A DNA stretch of 64,000 bases from a virus. The notes beneath the pieces were generated by a model. The model was not told the DNA's origin. It saw only the letters and a program-made list of their open reading frames with translations, and did no database searches. Below, in pieces: positions 31,211 to 40,495 of this stretch. Both the position numbers and the translations under genes were made by a program. Within the stretch, counting starts at the first letter, position 1. Every line of letters begins with the position of its first letter. Location: the IMG/VR virus record IMGVR_UViG_3300028374_000012, positions 5,696-69,695 of that record; one strand, given 5' to 3'.

Positions 31211-31349
31211 AGCTTAAGATTTTTTTATTTTTTTCTAGTAATTTTTTAAGAGCCTTTTGCCCAGCGGGGCCCATTCCTACAAAGGGGACATGAGCTTTTA
31301 AATTACCCCAGCCGCTTTGATCGGCCCGATAAGCACTCTTTCTGGTCAT
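31209..31349 (-). CDS. Possible small ORF (46 aa)
   Basis: ATG immediately follows the TAG of the glycosyltransferase gene, same frame. Confidence 0.3.
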   Translation of the reverse strand: MTRKSAYRADQSGWGNLKAHVPFVGMGPAGQKALKKLLEKNKKILS

Positions 31350-33413
31350 CTACTTGCCACTATTTTTAAATGCATTATATGCTGCTACTCCACCCCAACC
31401 TGCTGCTGCTCCATAGAATGGTAATTTTAGGTATTTTGGCATTTTGTATAATCTGTTAGTTGTGACTGAGGTATCTGAGATTATCTTTTTAGCAGCGTTC
31501 TCTCTTATTACTTTTGAAGCATCATTTGCTTTAGATTTATAATTATCCAGATTATCAAGAACTTCAGATAATGAACTTTTAAGAGAATCTTTCTCATCTA
31601 AAATAACTGTTGGAGTTCCTTGCACTTTTGAGAAATGTTTTGCATTTCCTACCATATGCGGTGCATAAGAATCTTTTACGCGGTTTGTAACAACCGGCAA
31701 AACAGGCTTTCCTTTAGCAATTGCTTCGGTTGTACTTATCCCATGTGGCCGGGCCAAGACAACATCTGCTGAGTCGATAACTTTTTCATAATTTTTTTCG
31801 AATCCTTGGGCAATAACTCCTTTATATTTAGACATGTTTTTACGAACATTCTCATTTTTACCACTGATTCCAATAACTTGTATGTCCTTTCTTCCAGACT
31901 CGGCCAGCTGACGTGTTACCTCGTCAACGTCGAACCCAGTAGTACCGCCTGTTACTGCTATTAATTTCTTTTTAGGATCAAGCTTTACTTTCTTTCCGGT
32001 GGCGTTACCTTTATTATCAAACATTTGGATTTCTTTCAGCTTAGCTCTTCTCTTTTTAGGGGTTTTCATGAATTTAGAAGAGATGGGCACAGAAGGTATA
32101 TCCGTCATTGGGATATTTACATGTGAAAATATCCCTTTTGCTTCGGCAGAAGGCGTATAAATTCTGCTTATGGATTTTTTATCTTTTCCGTCTAAACCAA
32201 AAGATGAATACCAAAATCCTTTTGATCCGGGTGTATCAACACCATAATCAGTCATTACCATTTCTGGCTTGATACCCATAGGTTTAATAAAATTAGTAGC
32301 ATCGGGTTGTGTAACAATAACTCGCCCGGCTCCTTTTAATTCTTTTTGTAATTTTCTTTTTTGGGTGTTACGCATAGGGCCCATTCCTAAAACGAACCCT
32401 AGATAATTTCTATACCTTTTAGGGCTGGGGGTAGAGGGCGCAGTCATCGTGTCATAGCGAGACTTATTGAATTTAGAAAGATATTTGTTTCTGAACCGAG
32501 AATAATCAGTAAAGTTAATAGCTTTAGCCGACCCTTTGCCATTTAATTTCTCGTGCTCTTCTACTAAAGACTTTGCTACAGCAGCGTGTCCGCCGCCTCC
32601 CGGGTTATGTTTGCCGCCTTCAGTTACAACAACCAGCTTATTACTTTTTGGGTCAATATTGTTTTGGAATTGTTGTAAATATTTTTCTCGGATAGTTGGC
32701 GTTGCCAGGGATCCGGCCGCTACCGCTGCAGGGAATGCTACAGGCTTATCTTTTTTCTTATTTTCTTTTGCTAATTTTCTAAACCCGTCGGCTGCTAAAG
32801 CTGTTCCCCCTAGCCCTGCAGCTCCCATTGTTGCAACAATGGCTGGGTAAGTTTTATTTCCTGGTGTATTTTTTTCTGCTCTATATAATTTTAACATGGC
32901 TCTACTTTCTGGTTTGGTAACATTTTCTAATCCTTTTTCTTTTACTTCTTTTAAAAATACGTCTAATGTTTTTTGGAGTCGTTTTAATCTTCTAGGAGTG
33001 CTATTACGCTTCATGGCTCGGTTCCCTATAACCTCTGATCCCCAAAATTTTAAAACATCATTTGGCTTTCCTGCAAACTCGGTGTAATGAGTAGACATAA
33101 AGGGGTTCTTTTTAGGAGCTCTTATAATTGTATTTCCAAAAACTTTTTCTGAAATTGTTGCTTTTCCTAGAGATGGGTCTAATTTCTTTTTATGGTATCT
33201 AATAGCTGATTTTCCGGGCGCAAACTTATTTAACATGTTGTCTGAAAACTTAAGATAATTTTTTACTCAAGAAGCGTGATCACTTTTTGATAACATTGGG
33301 TTCTTAAGTATTGGCGCGCCTCGATATGCTACCGCTCCGCCTAAAACTGCTAGTGGTAGTCCTATTGCTATTTTTGCTTTTTGTCGTGCTGAGTTTTGCT
33401 TATCAGTTCCCAT
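31350..33413 (-). CDS. Polyprotein with GT-B / GT28-like (MGDG synthase / UgtP-like) glycosyltransferase (687 aa; TGA=Trp)
   Basis: GGGGH..VA.SL, VTGGTTG, GF..N......ADVV..RP.G.STTEA...GKP; ATG 33413, TGA 33267; flanking Gly-rich helices; FRKLA junction. Confidence 0.78.
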
Positions 33414-33421
33414 AGATAATT

Positions 33422-33450
33422 AATATATTCTCCAAAACTCGATAAGTCAA
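33422..33450 (-). promoter_or_regulatory. Sigma70-like promoter
   Basis: TTGACT-17 bp-TATATT, 8 nt before ATG 33413. Confidence 0.78.
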
Positions 33451-33478
33451 GAAATTGATTCAGAAAGTGTCAAATTTT

Positions 33479-33494
33479 GGTATAAGAATAGTGT
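33479..33494 (+). promoter_or_regulatory. Phage plus-strand promoter motif, copy 3
   Basis: GGTATAAGAATAGTGT followed by hairpin TGTAGA-aag-TCTACA. Confidence 0.78.
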
Positions 33495-33535
33495 AGAAAG
33501 TCTACATATAACACATATAAACAAATAGGAGGCTT

Positions 33536-33946
33536 GTGGAAAATATTGTTATTATCTTAACTGTGATTCTGTTAAGTGTCATGATTATAGATTATGGCTT
33601 ATTTAGATGGAATAACAGAATAAACAACCCGGATATTATTCCTGGGTTGAGGGCTTGGTTATTAAAAACAAAACTCCGGGGAAATTTAAACCTCGAGGAA
33701 AAAGTCGAGGTCCGTCGGCTCATTAGAAAGGTCTACAAAAACAAATACATTATTGAAATAGAAGATCTAGAATATGAGCTGGGGGTTATGGACTTTGCAG
33801 TATACTTAGAGCAAGGGTGTGAGTTGCCGCTTTATGAAATAATCTCCATTATGGAGGAATTAGGTAAAGAGCCAAAGACTTACAATCTTTGTCATGGAGA
33901 TTTAAAAATCTGGGTCAAACATAGTTATTATTATGAGAAAATATAA
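33536..33946 (+). CDS. N-terminally anchored membrane protein
   Basis: AGGAGG-GTG start; N-terminal TM helix. Confidence 0.65.
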   Translation: MENIVIILTVILLSVMIIDYGLFRWNNRINNPDIIPGLRAWLLKTKLRGNLNLEEKVEVRRLIRKVYKNKYIIEIEDLEYELGVMDFAVYLEQGCELPLYEIISIMEELGKEPKTYNLCHGDLKIWVKHSYYYEKI

Positions 33947-34112
33947 ATTCAACGTCCACTTTCATGACGGAAAAGTTGTGCGAGTAGACGCCACGCATTT
34001 TGACCATGCAGTAATTAAAGCTTGTAATGAGCATGATAATAATAGCCTCCCCGAGCATATTGAGCGGGAAGATGGATCATCTTATTCACTTAAGATGATA
34101 AAAGTAACGTAA
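33933..34112 (+). CDS. Small hypothetical protein (59 aa)
   Basis: ATG overlaps the upstream gene end; MRKYKFNVHFHDG... Confidence 0.5.
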   Translation: MRKYKFNVHFHDGKVVRVDATHFDHAVIKACNEHDNNSLPEHIEREDGSSYSLKMIKVT

Positions 34113-34157
34113 AAACAATAACCCGGGCTTCAATTATTGAAGCTTGATAAAAGTAAA

Positions 34158-34697
34158 ATGGTGAGTAACATGGAAACAGTAAAAATTTATACGCATATTC
34201 CCGGAAAGAATATGCATGTTGTAGGAGAAGATGGAGAGGAGATTATTCTTCCAACTTCTAACCCTATAAGGGTTAAGATGAAAAAAAGACTCCATGGAGA
34301 AATTCATGGTGTCAAAATAGTTCGCGACGAGGTTATGGATATTTTTGGTCTTGAAGAAAATGAGCCACAGGAAGGAGTTCTTCATGTGGTGACATACTTT
34401 GTAGCCCAAGCTGTAACAAAGCTTGGATTAGCAAGGAAGGATTTGCTGATAACCGGGGAAACCTGGGAGATTAATTCTACTACAATTGGGTGTGAGCACT
34501 TAGTTGTGGGTCATAAACTTGACAATAAATATTTTGACTCTGCAAATAAGTGGAAGATTGGCGGGCATCCGTGCCCACATTGTAATGCCATTGACTGGGA
34601 TTATGATGATCCTGATTGTAGTTACCATCGCGACTCTTTAAAAGTTGGTGACAAGCAATATCTGGAAAGTTTTGAGATGCGTCGAGATGAAAAATAA
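34158..34697 (+). CDS. Hypothetical protein with C-terminal CxxC
   Basis: ORF after a leader hairpin; CPHC motif. Confidence 0.6.
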   Translation: MVSNMETVKIYTHIPGKNMHVVGEDGEEIILPTSNPIRVKMKKRLHGEIHGVKIVRDEVMDIFGLEENEPQEGVLHVVTYFVAQAVTKLGLARKDLLITGETWEINSTTIGCEHLVVGHKLDNKYFDSANKWKIGGHPCPHCNAIDWDYDDPDCSYHRDSLKVGDKQYLESFEMRRDEK

Positions 34698-35001
34698 AGA
34701 AGAACAAATTAAGATTGTCTTGGATCTACTTGATCCAGGGCAGCTTATTGAACCTAAAGTAGGGGGGATACTTACGTTTGTAAGAAGACTCCCAATTAAA
34801 GGGAAGTACTATTCAAACGTCTTAATTGAAACATTTGCAGAAGAGGTATTTGAGGAATACCGTAAGCATTTGAATAAACTAACTTTAAAGGAGTTGATTA
34901 TATTGGAAAAGCATTTAAAATGCCCAACAATGGTTAACTTCTTAAATACAACCTTCCCAGACATACTAGAAGGGCTAAGTGAAATAAAAGATAAACAATA
35001 G
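34687..35001 (+). CDS. Hypothetical protein
   Basis: Overlapping ATG, operon packing. Confidence 0.55.
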   Translation: MKNKEEQIKIVLDLLDPGQLIEPKVGGILTFVRRLPIKGKYYSNVLIETFAEEVFEEYRKHLNKLTLKELIILEKHLKCPTMVNFLNTTFPDILEGLSEIKDKQ

Positions 35002-35016
35002 ACTTCGGAGGATTGG

Positions 35017-35463
35017 GTGAAGAGAAGGAGAAAATTCAAATTTGAATTAAATACACTACTATCAGAAGATTTTGAAAAAAGTAATCTGGTAGGATTGAAG
35101 TTGTACTCGGAAAGGGGCCGCTTCAAATTCGTAAAACACAGGAAAAATCTTTTTCCTATGTATCAAAAGGACAGTACAGGTTGCCCTAGTAGCGATCTGG
35201 CTAGATATTTAGGAGTTCCACATCACAGCAAAGTTGTTGCACATAGTTTGTGCTTTGACTTTGAAAAGGTATGGACTGCTAAAACAAAAAATTTACATAT
35301 TATACAATCATGCAAGGCAGTGTGGTTACTGCATGGCTTTATTGATTATAATAATGTAAATTGTAAAATGAGCACCCAGTATAAGAATTTACAAAACTGG
35401 AAGAAGCTCGAGTTAAACCAAAAGAAGGGCTTGGTACGTCTGATTGAGTCCCTCTTGAATTAA
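35017..35463 (+). CDS. Hypothetical protein
   Basis: GGAGG-GTG start, 148 aa. Confidence 0.55.
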   Translation: MKRRRKFKFELNTLLSEDFEKSNLVGLKLYSERGRFKFVKHRKNLFPMYQKDSTGCPSSDLARYLGVPHHSKVVAHSLCFDFEKVWTAKTKNLHIIQSCKAVWLLHGFIDYNNVNCKMSTQYKNLQNWKKLELNQKKGLVRLIESLLN

Positions 35464-35475
35464 ACCAAACAAATA

Positions 35476-35862
35476 ATGAAAAAAGCAGCAAGGGTTAATA
35501 AAAGAAAGGTTTTGGTAGAAGAGATTCCTTTGCTAATTCAATTAGCGGAAGTCTTGTACCGTTACCGGAACGAGGACCTCCAAAGTATGAAAGTAAAAAA
35601 TTTAAACCCGGAAAAAAGTTATGAAGGGTTCATAATTATTACTTTCCATGGGGAGGATATCCCAGAGCCAGTATTAAACACAGCCGATATTGTAAGGTTT
35701 ATTAATGCTGGTATACCAATAACCAAGGAAACAACTCTTGGTGAAATAATTACGCCCGGTACTAGGTGGAAAAAATGGGACAAACTATTAGGTAAGTTTG
35801 TCGACGACTTTGATAGCCTCTTGGCAAAACAAGAAATGTTAGCCGGGGGGTGTCATGGATAA
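35476..35862 (+). CDS. Hypothetical protein
   Basis: 128 aa ORF in operon. Confidence 0.55.
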   Translation: MKKAARVNKRKVLVEEIPLLIQLAEVLYRYRNEDLQSMKVKNLNPEKSYEGFIIITFHGEDIPEPVLNTADIVRFINAGIPITKETTLGEIITPGTRWKKWDKLLGKFVDDFDSLLAKQEMLAGGCHG

Positions 35863-35999
35863 AAATCACCCTACTAAGGAAGAAATCCTGGAGTTTATCC
35901 AGGAAAACGAAGAAGAAACATCCAATGAGGATGAATAACTAAAGGCCTCTACAACACTGTGGGGGCCTTTCATAAAAGTAAATAAATAGGAAATAAAAT

Positions 36000-36674
36000 A
36001 TGAATCTACGAAGAATAAAAAGTTTTTCAGATCATAATATTAAAAAGGCTGAAAAGTTAAAAATTTATCTGACAAGGGAAAATGTACTTATCGTAAAATA
36101 TACGTATGCTGGAGGTAAGCATATAATGCCCTTTCCGCTCAACAAAAAAGAACGACCCTACAACAAAACTCTCGAGTTTGCTATTGCGTATGCAAGCTGG
36201 TTAAGAGGGAATATAGGAAAGTCGGTGGCAAAAATCCATATTTTTGATAAGCCGGCTCAAAAAAGAACCCGAGGTGGGGGAAGAGGTAAAGCTCATCCTT
36301 ACTCGTTTCCCGGGGCTACTTACTATGAAAACGGGGGCAACCCTTATTATCAGGCTCGTACTGAGATAAAGGGCGTAAAGCTTCCTAATGGGAATCCTCA
36401 CATTGTAACAGAGACATTCAAAGTTTCTGAGTATGTTGAAAGGAAACGCTTTAAGACGCATCGACAAATGTTAATGCACCTGCGAAAAACTATTGAAAGA
36501 TGGATTGGGTGGACATTTATTGGAAAGCCTGTAATAATCGACGGGTCTCGTGTTCTTTTGAGATTTGTTCCGCGACATCATGCACTTAAAATGATAGGAA
36601 AAGAAGGATGGGAGGACGTTTATGGAGGGAAATGCAAGCACAGCAAAGGCTATTCAGACCTTGAAAGACTCTGA
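36000..36674 (+). CDS. Basic hypothetical protein, possible AP2-like DNA-binding region
   Basis: 224 aa; YYQARTEIKG...TFKVSEY; ends in TGA. Confidence 0.5.
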   Translation: MNLRRIKSFSDHNIKKAEKLKIYLTRENVLIVKYTYAGGKHIMPFPLNKKERPYNKTLEFAIAYASWLRGNIGKSVAKIHIFDKPAQKRTRGGGRGKAHPYSFPGATYYENGGNPYYQARTEIKGVKLPNGNPHIVTETFKVSEYVERKRFKTHRQMLMHLRKTIERWIGWTFIGKPVIIDGSRVLLRFVPRHHALKMIGKEGWEDVYGGKCKHSKGYSDLERL

Positions 36675-36795
36675 GTTCCATCCAAGCTTTCAAGATTATG
36701 TTCGTATAGCTGTTGACGTAGGCATCTTTCTATCGGAAGATAAGGAAGACTTGATGCGTTTGGCTGCTAAAGTAGATGGCAATCATGGGAAATAA
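36622..36795 (+). CDS. Small hypothetical protein (57 aa)
   Basis: GGAGG upstream of ATG 36622. Confidence 0.45.
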   Translation: MEGNASTAKAIQTLKDSEFHPSFQDYVRIAVDVGIFLSEDKEDLMRLAAKVDGNHGK

Positions 36796-36949
36796 ACCTA
36801 AAGAGGGCGAGGACTATTATTTTAATAGTTCTGGCCTAGTTGTTATGACTAAAAAGTACCTCTTGAAGAGAGGGTTTTGCTGTGGAAACGGTTGTTTTCA
36901 TTGCCCTTACGATGGTAAGAAAGGATCGAAAACAGTTAAAAATAGCTAG
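36785..36949 (+). CDS. DUF5522-like Cys-rich protein (54 aa)
   Basis: DYY....G.VVMT..YLLKRGFCCGNGCFHCPY; below the ORF-track cutoff. Confidence 0.75.
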   Translation: MGNKPKEGEDYYFNSSGLVVMTKKYLLKRGFCCGNGCFHCPYDGKKGSKTVKNS

Positions 36950-36964
36950 TTTTTTCTAAAAATT

Positions 36965-36980
36965 GGTATAAGAATAATGA
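36965..36980 (+). promoter_or_regulatory. Phage plus-strand promoter motif, copy 4
   Basis: GGTATAAGAATAATGA followed by a hairpin. Confidence 0.78.
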
Positions 36981-37045
36981 GGACAATATAAATGTATTGT
37001 TTCTCACTGGGCAATAATGTCCGATAAAAGTAAATTATAAAAACC

Positions 37046-37183
37046 ATGTTATATAAAAAAAGAAATAATACAACAACAAAAGAGGACTACCAAAAGTTGT
37101 CCTCAATCTTCTTGATGGTTGGTGCATACTTTATGGTGTATGCCGCAGGATGTGCATTAAAAGCACACGAGAAGGAGGATTAA
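37046..37183 (+). CDS. Small membrane protein (45 aa)
   Basis: One hydrophobic helix; lies between promoter and terminator. Confidence 0.55.
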   Translation: MLYKKRNNTTTKEDYQKLSSIFLMVGAYFMVYAAGCALKAHEKED

Positions 37184-37187
37184 CTTG

Positions 37188-37216
37188 GAAGGGGCTTTAT
37201 GCCCCCTCTTTTTTTT
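37188..37216 (+). terminator. Intrinsic terminator
   Basis: GGGGC-tttat-GCCCC hairpin then T tract. Confidence 0.7.
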
Positions 37217-37270
37217 ATTAAACCTTTAACTAACCTTAGGAAAACTATGCTTTTTCTAGAAAAAATTATA

Positions 37271-37462
37271 ATGGCTAAAAAGCCCATAATCCCAATAATA
37301 AGTATATTTGGAGTACTTGGCTTTACCACGATGATTGTTGGTATGTTTGCAATATCTGAAAAAGCCTGGGACGATAAATCTGTTCAGATCCTTAAACCTT
37401 CTGGGGATGTCTTCTACTATCATGAAAAGTTGGGCATACAAACGTGCTTTACAAAAAAGTAA
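37271..37462 (+). CDS. Small membrane protein
   Basis: TM helix IIPIISIFGVLGFTTMIVGMFAI; start uncertain. Confidence 0.5.
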   Translation: MAKKPIIPIISIFGVLGFTTMIVGMFAISEKAWDDKSVQILKPSGDVFYYHEKLGIQTCFTKK

Positions 37463-37688
37463 AATAGTGTTCACTAAGGAATGCCTGGATTTGACTAGTG
37501 ATTTCGAAAATTGGTGCAAAATTATTAGTAGTTCAAAGCGGATTGCTGATTGTAAAATAACGGGGAGGAAAGGCGATTCTTTCTACATAACCGTGGAATA
37601 CAAATTTGGTAATGCCATAAACAGAAACATTAATATATTAATCAAAATAAATAAAAAAGAATGGATACAAAAACAAGAAACAAAATAA
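37335..37688 (+). CDS. Hypothetical protein (start uncertain)
   Basis: Fills operon gap; true start probably further downstream. Confidence 0.4.
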   Translation: MLVCLQYLKKPGTINLFRSLNLLGMSSTIMKSWAYKRALQKSKIVFTKECLDLTSDFENWCKIISSSKRIADCKITGRKGDSFYITVEYKFGNAINRNINILIKINKKEWIQKQETK

Positions 37689-37879
37689 TGAAGCTGACGG
37701 CTGTTATTATCTGGACGAGTTGTTTGTGGGTGTTTGTGAGCGTTGTCTTTCAAACATTTGTAAATGATACCTCAATAATTAGTGGAGTTCTTGCTGGGCT
37801 TGACTGGCTCTTATTCTTTATCATCATGATAATAGCTGTTTTCGGTTCCATGGAGCTGTGGGATAAAAGTAAATATTAA
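37661..37879 (+). CDS. Two-TM membrane protein
   Basis: Two hydrophobic helices in 72 aa. Confidence 0.65.
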   Translation: MDTKTRNKIMKLTAVIIWTSCLWVFVSVVFQTFVNDTSIISGVLAGLDWLLFFIIMIIAVFGSMELWDKSKY

Positions 37880-37892
37880 TAATGGAGGATAA

Positions 37893-38369
37893 ATGTATTC
37901 TTTAGTAGCATTAATAGTAATCTACTCAACACTTGGAGTAATTCTTTGTTGGAGACTAATTAAATTTGGAATCCGGAGAATAAGATACAAAAAGATGGGG
38001 GATGAGGAAAAGCATGAGGACTTCCAGCGATGGCGTACCGGGGATAACATTGAGTTTCAATTAAATCTCAATGATTCTCAAATAGGTTATCTATATGGCC
38101 TGACTGATGAGTTTCTTATGCTAGAGATAATGACGACACGTGGATCAAACCAAGTTGTGAAAGTTGAACCTTTTCAAGTTATAGAAAACCGAACCAATGA
38201 AGTGCGAAAGGACTATGTTTCATTGAACAAATTTTCACAAAACACGAAAGACACACTATCAATTATTGATAAATGGTCTGAGGAAGACTTTGCTTTTAAA
38301 AATACTAAAAGTCTTTCTGAGCTAAAAGATAAGCATTATATTAATCCCATTCATGAAAGAAGAGTTTAA
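37893..38369 (+). CDS. N-terminally anchored membrane protein
   Basis: GGAGG upstream; N-terminal TM helix. Confidence 0.65.
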   Translation: MYSLVALIVIYSTLGVILCWRLIKFGIRRIRYKKMGDEEKHEDFQRWRTGDNIEFQLNLNDSQIGYLYGLTDEFLMLEIMTTRGSNQVVKVEPFQVIENRTNEVRKDYVSLNKFSQNTKDTLSIIDKWSEEDFAFKNTKSLSELKDKHYINPIHERRV

Positions 38370-38400
38370 ATCCCCTTCTTTTTTTTTGGCTTGAGATTTT

Positions 38401-38416
38401 GGTATAAGAATAGTGA
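38401..38416 (+). promoter_or_regulatory. Phage plus-strand promoter motif, copy 5
   Basis: GGTATAAGAATAGTGA; no sizeable ORF follows. Confidence 0.7.
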
Positions 38417-38760
38417 GGATAATGGTTTAAAATCCTGCCATTATAGAACAAATCTAGCTTAATAATTAAAGCTGGTGAAAAAATCTTAGATATGGCCTTA
38501 AAAAATTAGGCAAAAAAATATATGGATTTACTTTTTTAATCTAAAAAAAATAAAAACAAAAACGAAGTTTAACCCTACTAAAAATAAATAACTTATATCT
38601 CACACCGTGTATCAAAAAGGTGGGGGGTCGATTAGGAGTCCCAAAAGGCAAGATTAAGTTTAACCCATTTAATTATGAATCATAAAGACACACTACAAGT
38701 AATGCGAGTAGAGTTAAATATTATAAGAATATGATAAAATGGCGCCGGGGGGCCGTCAGG

Positions 38761-38832
38761 CCCTCAAACAATCTCCGCTAACCACAAACACCCTTAAACA
38801 ATCTCCGCTAACCACAAACACCCTTAAACAAC
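38761..38832. repeat. 30-bp tandem repeat (2 full copies + partial) in non-coding region
   Basis: ccct(c/t)aaacaatctccgctaaccacaaaca at 38761 and 38791, partial at 38821. Confidence 0.9.
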
Positions 38833-39019
38833 CCCCTAACACCTGTAGAAAACTACAAGACCTCCAAAAACACCCTATTATTATGAAGTACAACCCAGTT
38901 ATAGTACTAACCCGTTAAACCGTTAAACCGTGGAGAGCTATGTTAATTATACGAGCCCCCAGACGGTACACCGGTGAAACGGTAAGACGGAGGAGAATCT
39001 ATGAATAGTTATGGGTTTA

Positions 39020-39241
39020 TTAGTCTCTAAACTCTTTTGGTGTCTTACAAGTCTTTAACCATAGTGTTATAATGTCGAGTGGCATAGTTCCATACATTTC
39101 ATTGCAAGAACATTTCATCATACAACCTTCAGATGTTCCTGCATAGATATGTACGTATGCACCGGCACGATTACACTCGCTACAAGGTTTTCTTGGACCA
39201 CATTTGGCCCCAAATAGCACTTCTTGGGCTTTATTAGGCAT
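39020..39241 (-). CDS. Small Cys-rich protein
   Basis: CSEC, CSC motifs, 73 aa. Confidence 0.5.
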   Translation of the reverse strand: MPNKAQEVLFGAKCGPRKPCSECNRAGAYVHIYAGTSEGCMMKCSCNEMYGTMPLDIITLWLKTCKTPKEFRD

Positions 39242-39451
39242 ATTATTTGGTGGATTTTTTTAATGTTGGGTTTTAATTTGGACTCTTGGCTTTAATACAG
39301 GGTACGGGCTACATATTTAGACAGAGACGGCTTATCTTTTATTCTGGCTTGTCGCCGCCCTCCGGAGCAAGTGAAACGCTGTCAAAGCCAATCTGAAGAG
39401 ATTTTATAATGTCTCTGTCAACTTTATCCCAATATGTATAATCAGCAGTTT

Positions 39452-39778
39452 TTACACTGGTTGTCTTTGTTTGAATCGGTCTTGAACAGTGTCATAGTAC
39501 CAATTATTTTCTGTTGAGAGCTCGTAAGCACTTTTGCCTGTAATTTTCATGACTTCTGTGTGTGAAAACAGCGAAAAGACTATATTTTTCAATACTGTAC
39601 CGACTTTTGAGTTTTCAATCTCTGAAAAGTCTAATACTTTGTATTTAGGGGTGGGTGTGTGCCAGCCCATTGAAATATGTCTTGTGGTGTATGGTTGTGC
39701 AGAAGTGCCAGAACTAGTTATTAAATGGGAGGGTACATTCCATGTACTATAAAGTTTCTTGCTTTTTTTCTTATCCAT
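39452..39778 (-). CDS. Hypothetical protein
   Basis: 108 aa after a sigma70-like promoter. Confidence 0.5.
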   Translation of the reverse strand: MDKKKSKKLYSTWNVPSHLITSSGTSAQPYTTRHISMGWHTPTPKYKVLDFSEIENSKVGTVLKNIVFSLFSHTEVMKITGKSAYELSTENNWYYDTVQDRFKQRQPV

Positions 39779-39810
39779 TGTTTTGTCATATTTAATTCAC
39801 TTGGTTCATT

Positions 39811-39839
39811 AATATACTAAGACTTTTTCCTATTTACAA
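39811..39839 (-). promoter_or_regulatory. Sigma70-like promoter
   Basis: TTGTAA-17 bp-TATATT. Confidence 0.6.
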
Positions 39840-39849
39840 CCCTTTTTTT

Positions 39850-39865
39850 GGTATAAGAATAGTGA
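39850..39865 (+). promoter_or_regulatory. Phage plus-strand promoter motif, copy 6
   Basis: GGTATAAGAATAGTGA followed by hairpin AGAGAAT-ataa-ATTCTCT. Confidence 0.78.
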
Positions 39866-39912
39866 AGAGAATATAAATTCTCTGTAATTTTTAATAAGGA
39901 GTAATTAATCTT

Positions 39913-40281
39913 ATGGAACCAATTACACTTACGGTCTTAATCGGGCTTACTACTGTACTTATTGCAATCTTTTTCATATGGCAAATAGAGAAAGATAGCA
40001 AACAGGAAGAAGAGGCAGGAAAAGCTCAACTAAAGCATAGCATAAGACATAGATACTATGTTGCTAAAGATTTATGGCATACTAAAGTATTCACCATGAT
40101 GGATGTAGGGGAATACTATCTAAGTCTATCTCATCTATGGTTTGATATCATAATGTACGAGGATCTTTTTGCAAATCAAAAAGAAGACTACAAAGCTATG
40201 AAAGCTGAAGTGTATGAGATCAAACAAGAAACGTTTGTTCTGTATGTACAAGAGAAACCCCCAATTAATATAGATAAATGA
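39913..40281 (+). CDS. N-terminally anchored membrane protein
   Basis: N-terminal TM; ends in TGA 4 nt before the next ATG. Confidence 0.65.
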   Translation: MEPITLTVLIGLTTVLIAIFFIWQIEKDSKQEEEAGKAQLKHSIRHRYYVAKDLWHTKVFTMMDVGEYYLSLSHLWFDIIMYEDLFANQKEDYKAMKAEVYEIKQETFVLYVQEKPPINIDK

Positions 40282-40285
40282 TCTC

Positions 40286-40495
40286 ATGAAAATAGAACTT
40301 CAAAGTTATGAATTTCTCGCAAAGTATAAATCTACAGATAATGCCCGGGTGTGGTCACAAACTGTGACTGGTGCAGTAGCAGAAGCTTATGCTGCCCGAG
40401 GCGAAATGCCTATAATAATAACATTACTAAAAGATCAGAAAACCTGGTCTGTTAACTTTAACCTAAGGGAGATACCGCCAAATGTGTCAATTTAA
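40286..40495 (+). CDS. Hypothetical protein
   Basis: 69 aa in operon. Confidence 0.55.
   Translation: MKIELQSYEFLAKYKSTDNARVWSQTVTGAVAEAYAARGEMPIIITLLKDQKTWSVNFNLREIPPNVSI

Noticed and set aside
31209-31352. TAG read-through extending the glycosyltransferase
   Set aside because: TAG behaves as a normal stop elsewhere on both strands, and the downstream frame has its own ATG.
1-33413. Fragmented minus-strand ORFs as pseudogenes or sequencing errors
   Set aside because: Every break is an in-frame TGA, and several fall at conserved Trp positions in essential genes.
1-33413. TGA = Gly (code 25) or selenocysteine
   Set aside because: Diagnostic sites (intein GWK, PE SWA, photolyase W.PE, HDW.KF) require Trp. 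A few sites such as IE*NAT are uninformative, but none demands Gly or Cys.
38761-38832. CRISPR array
   Set aside because: Head-to-tail repeats with no unique spacers and no cas operon.
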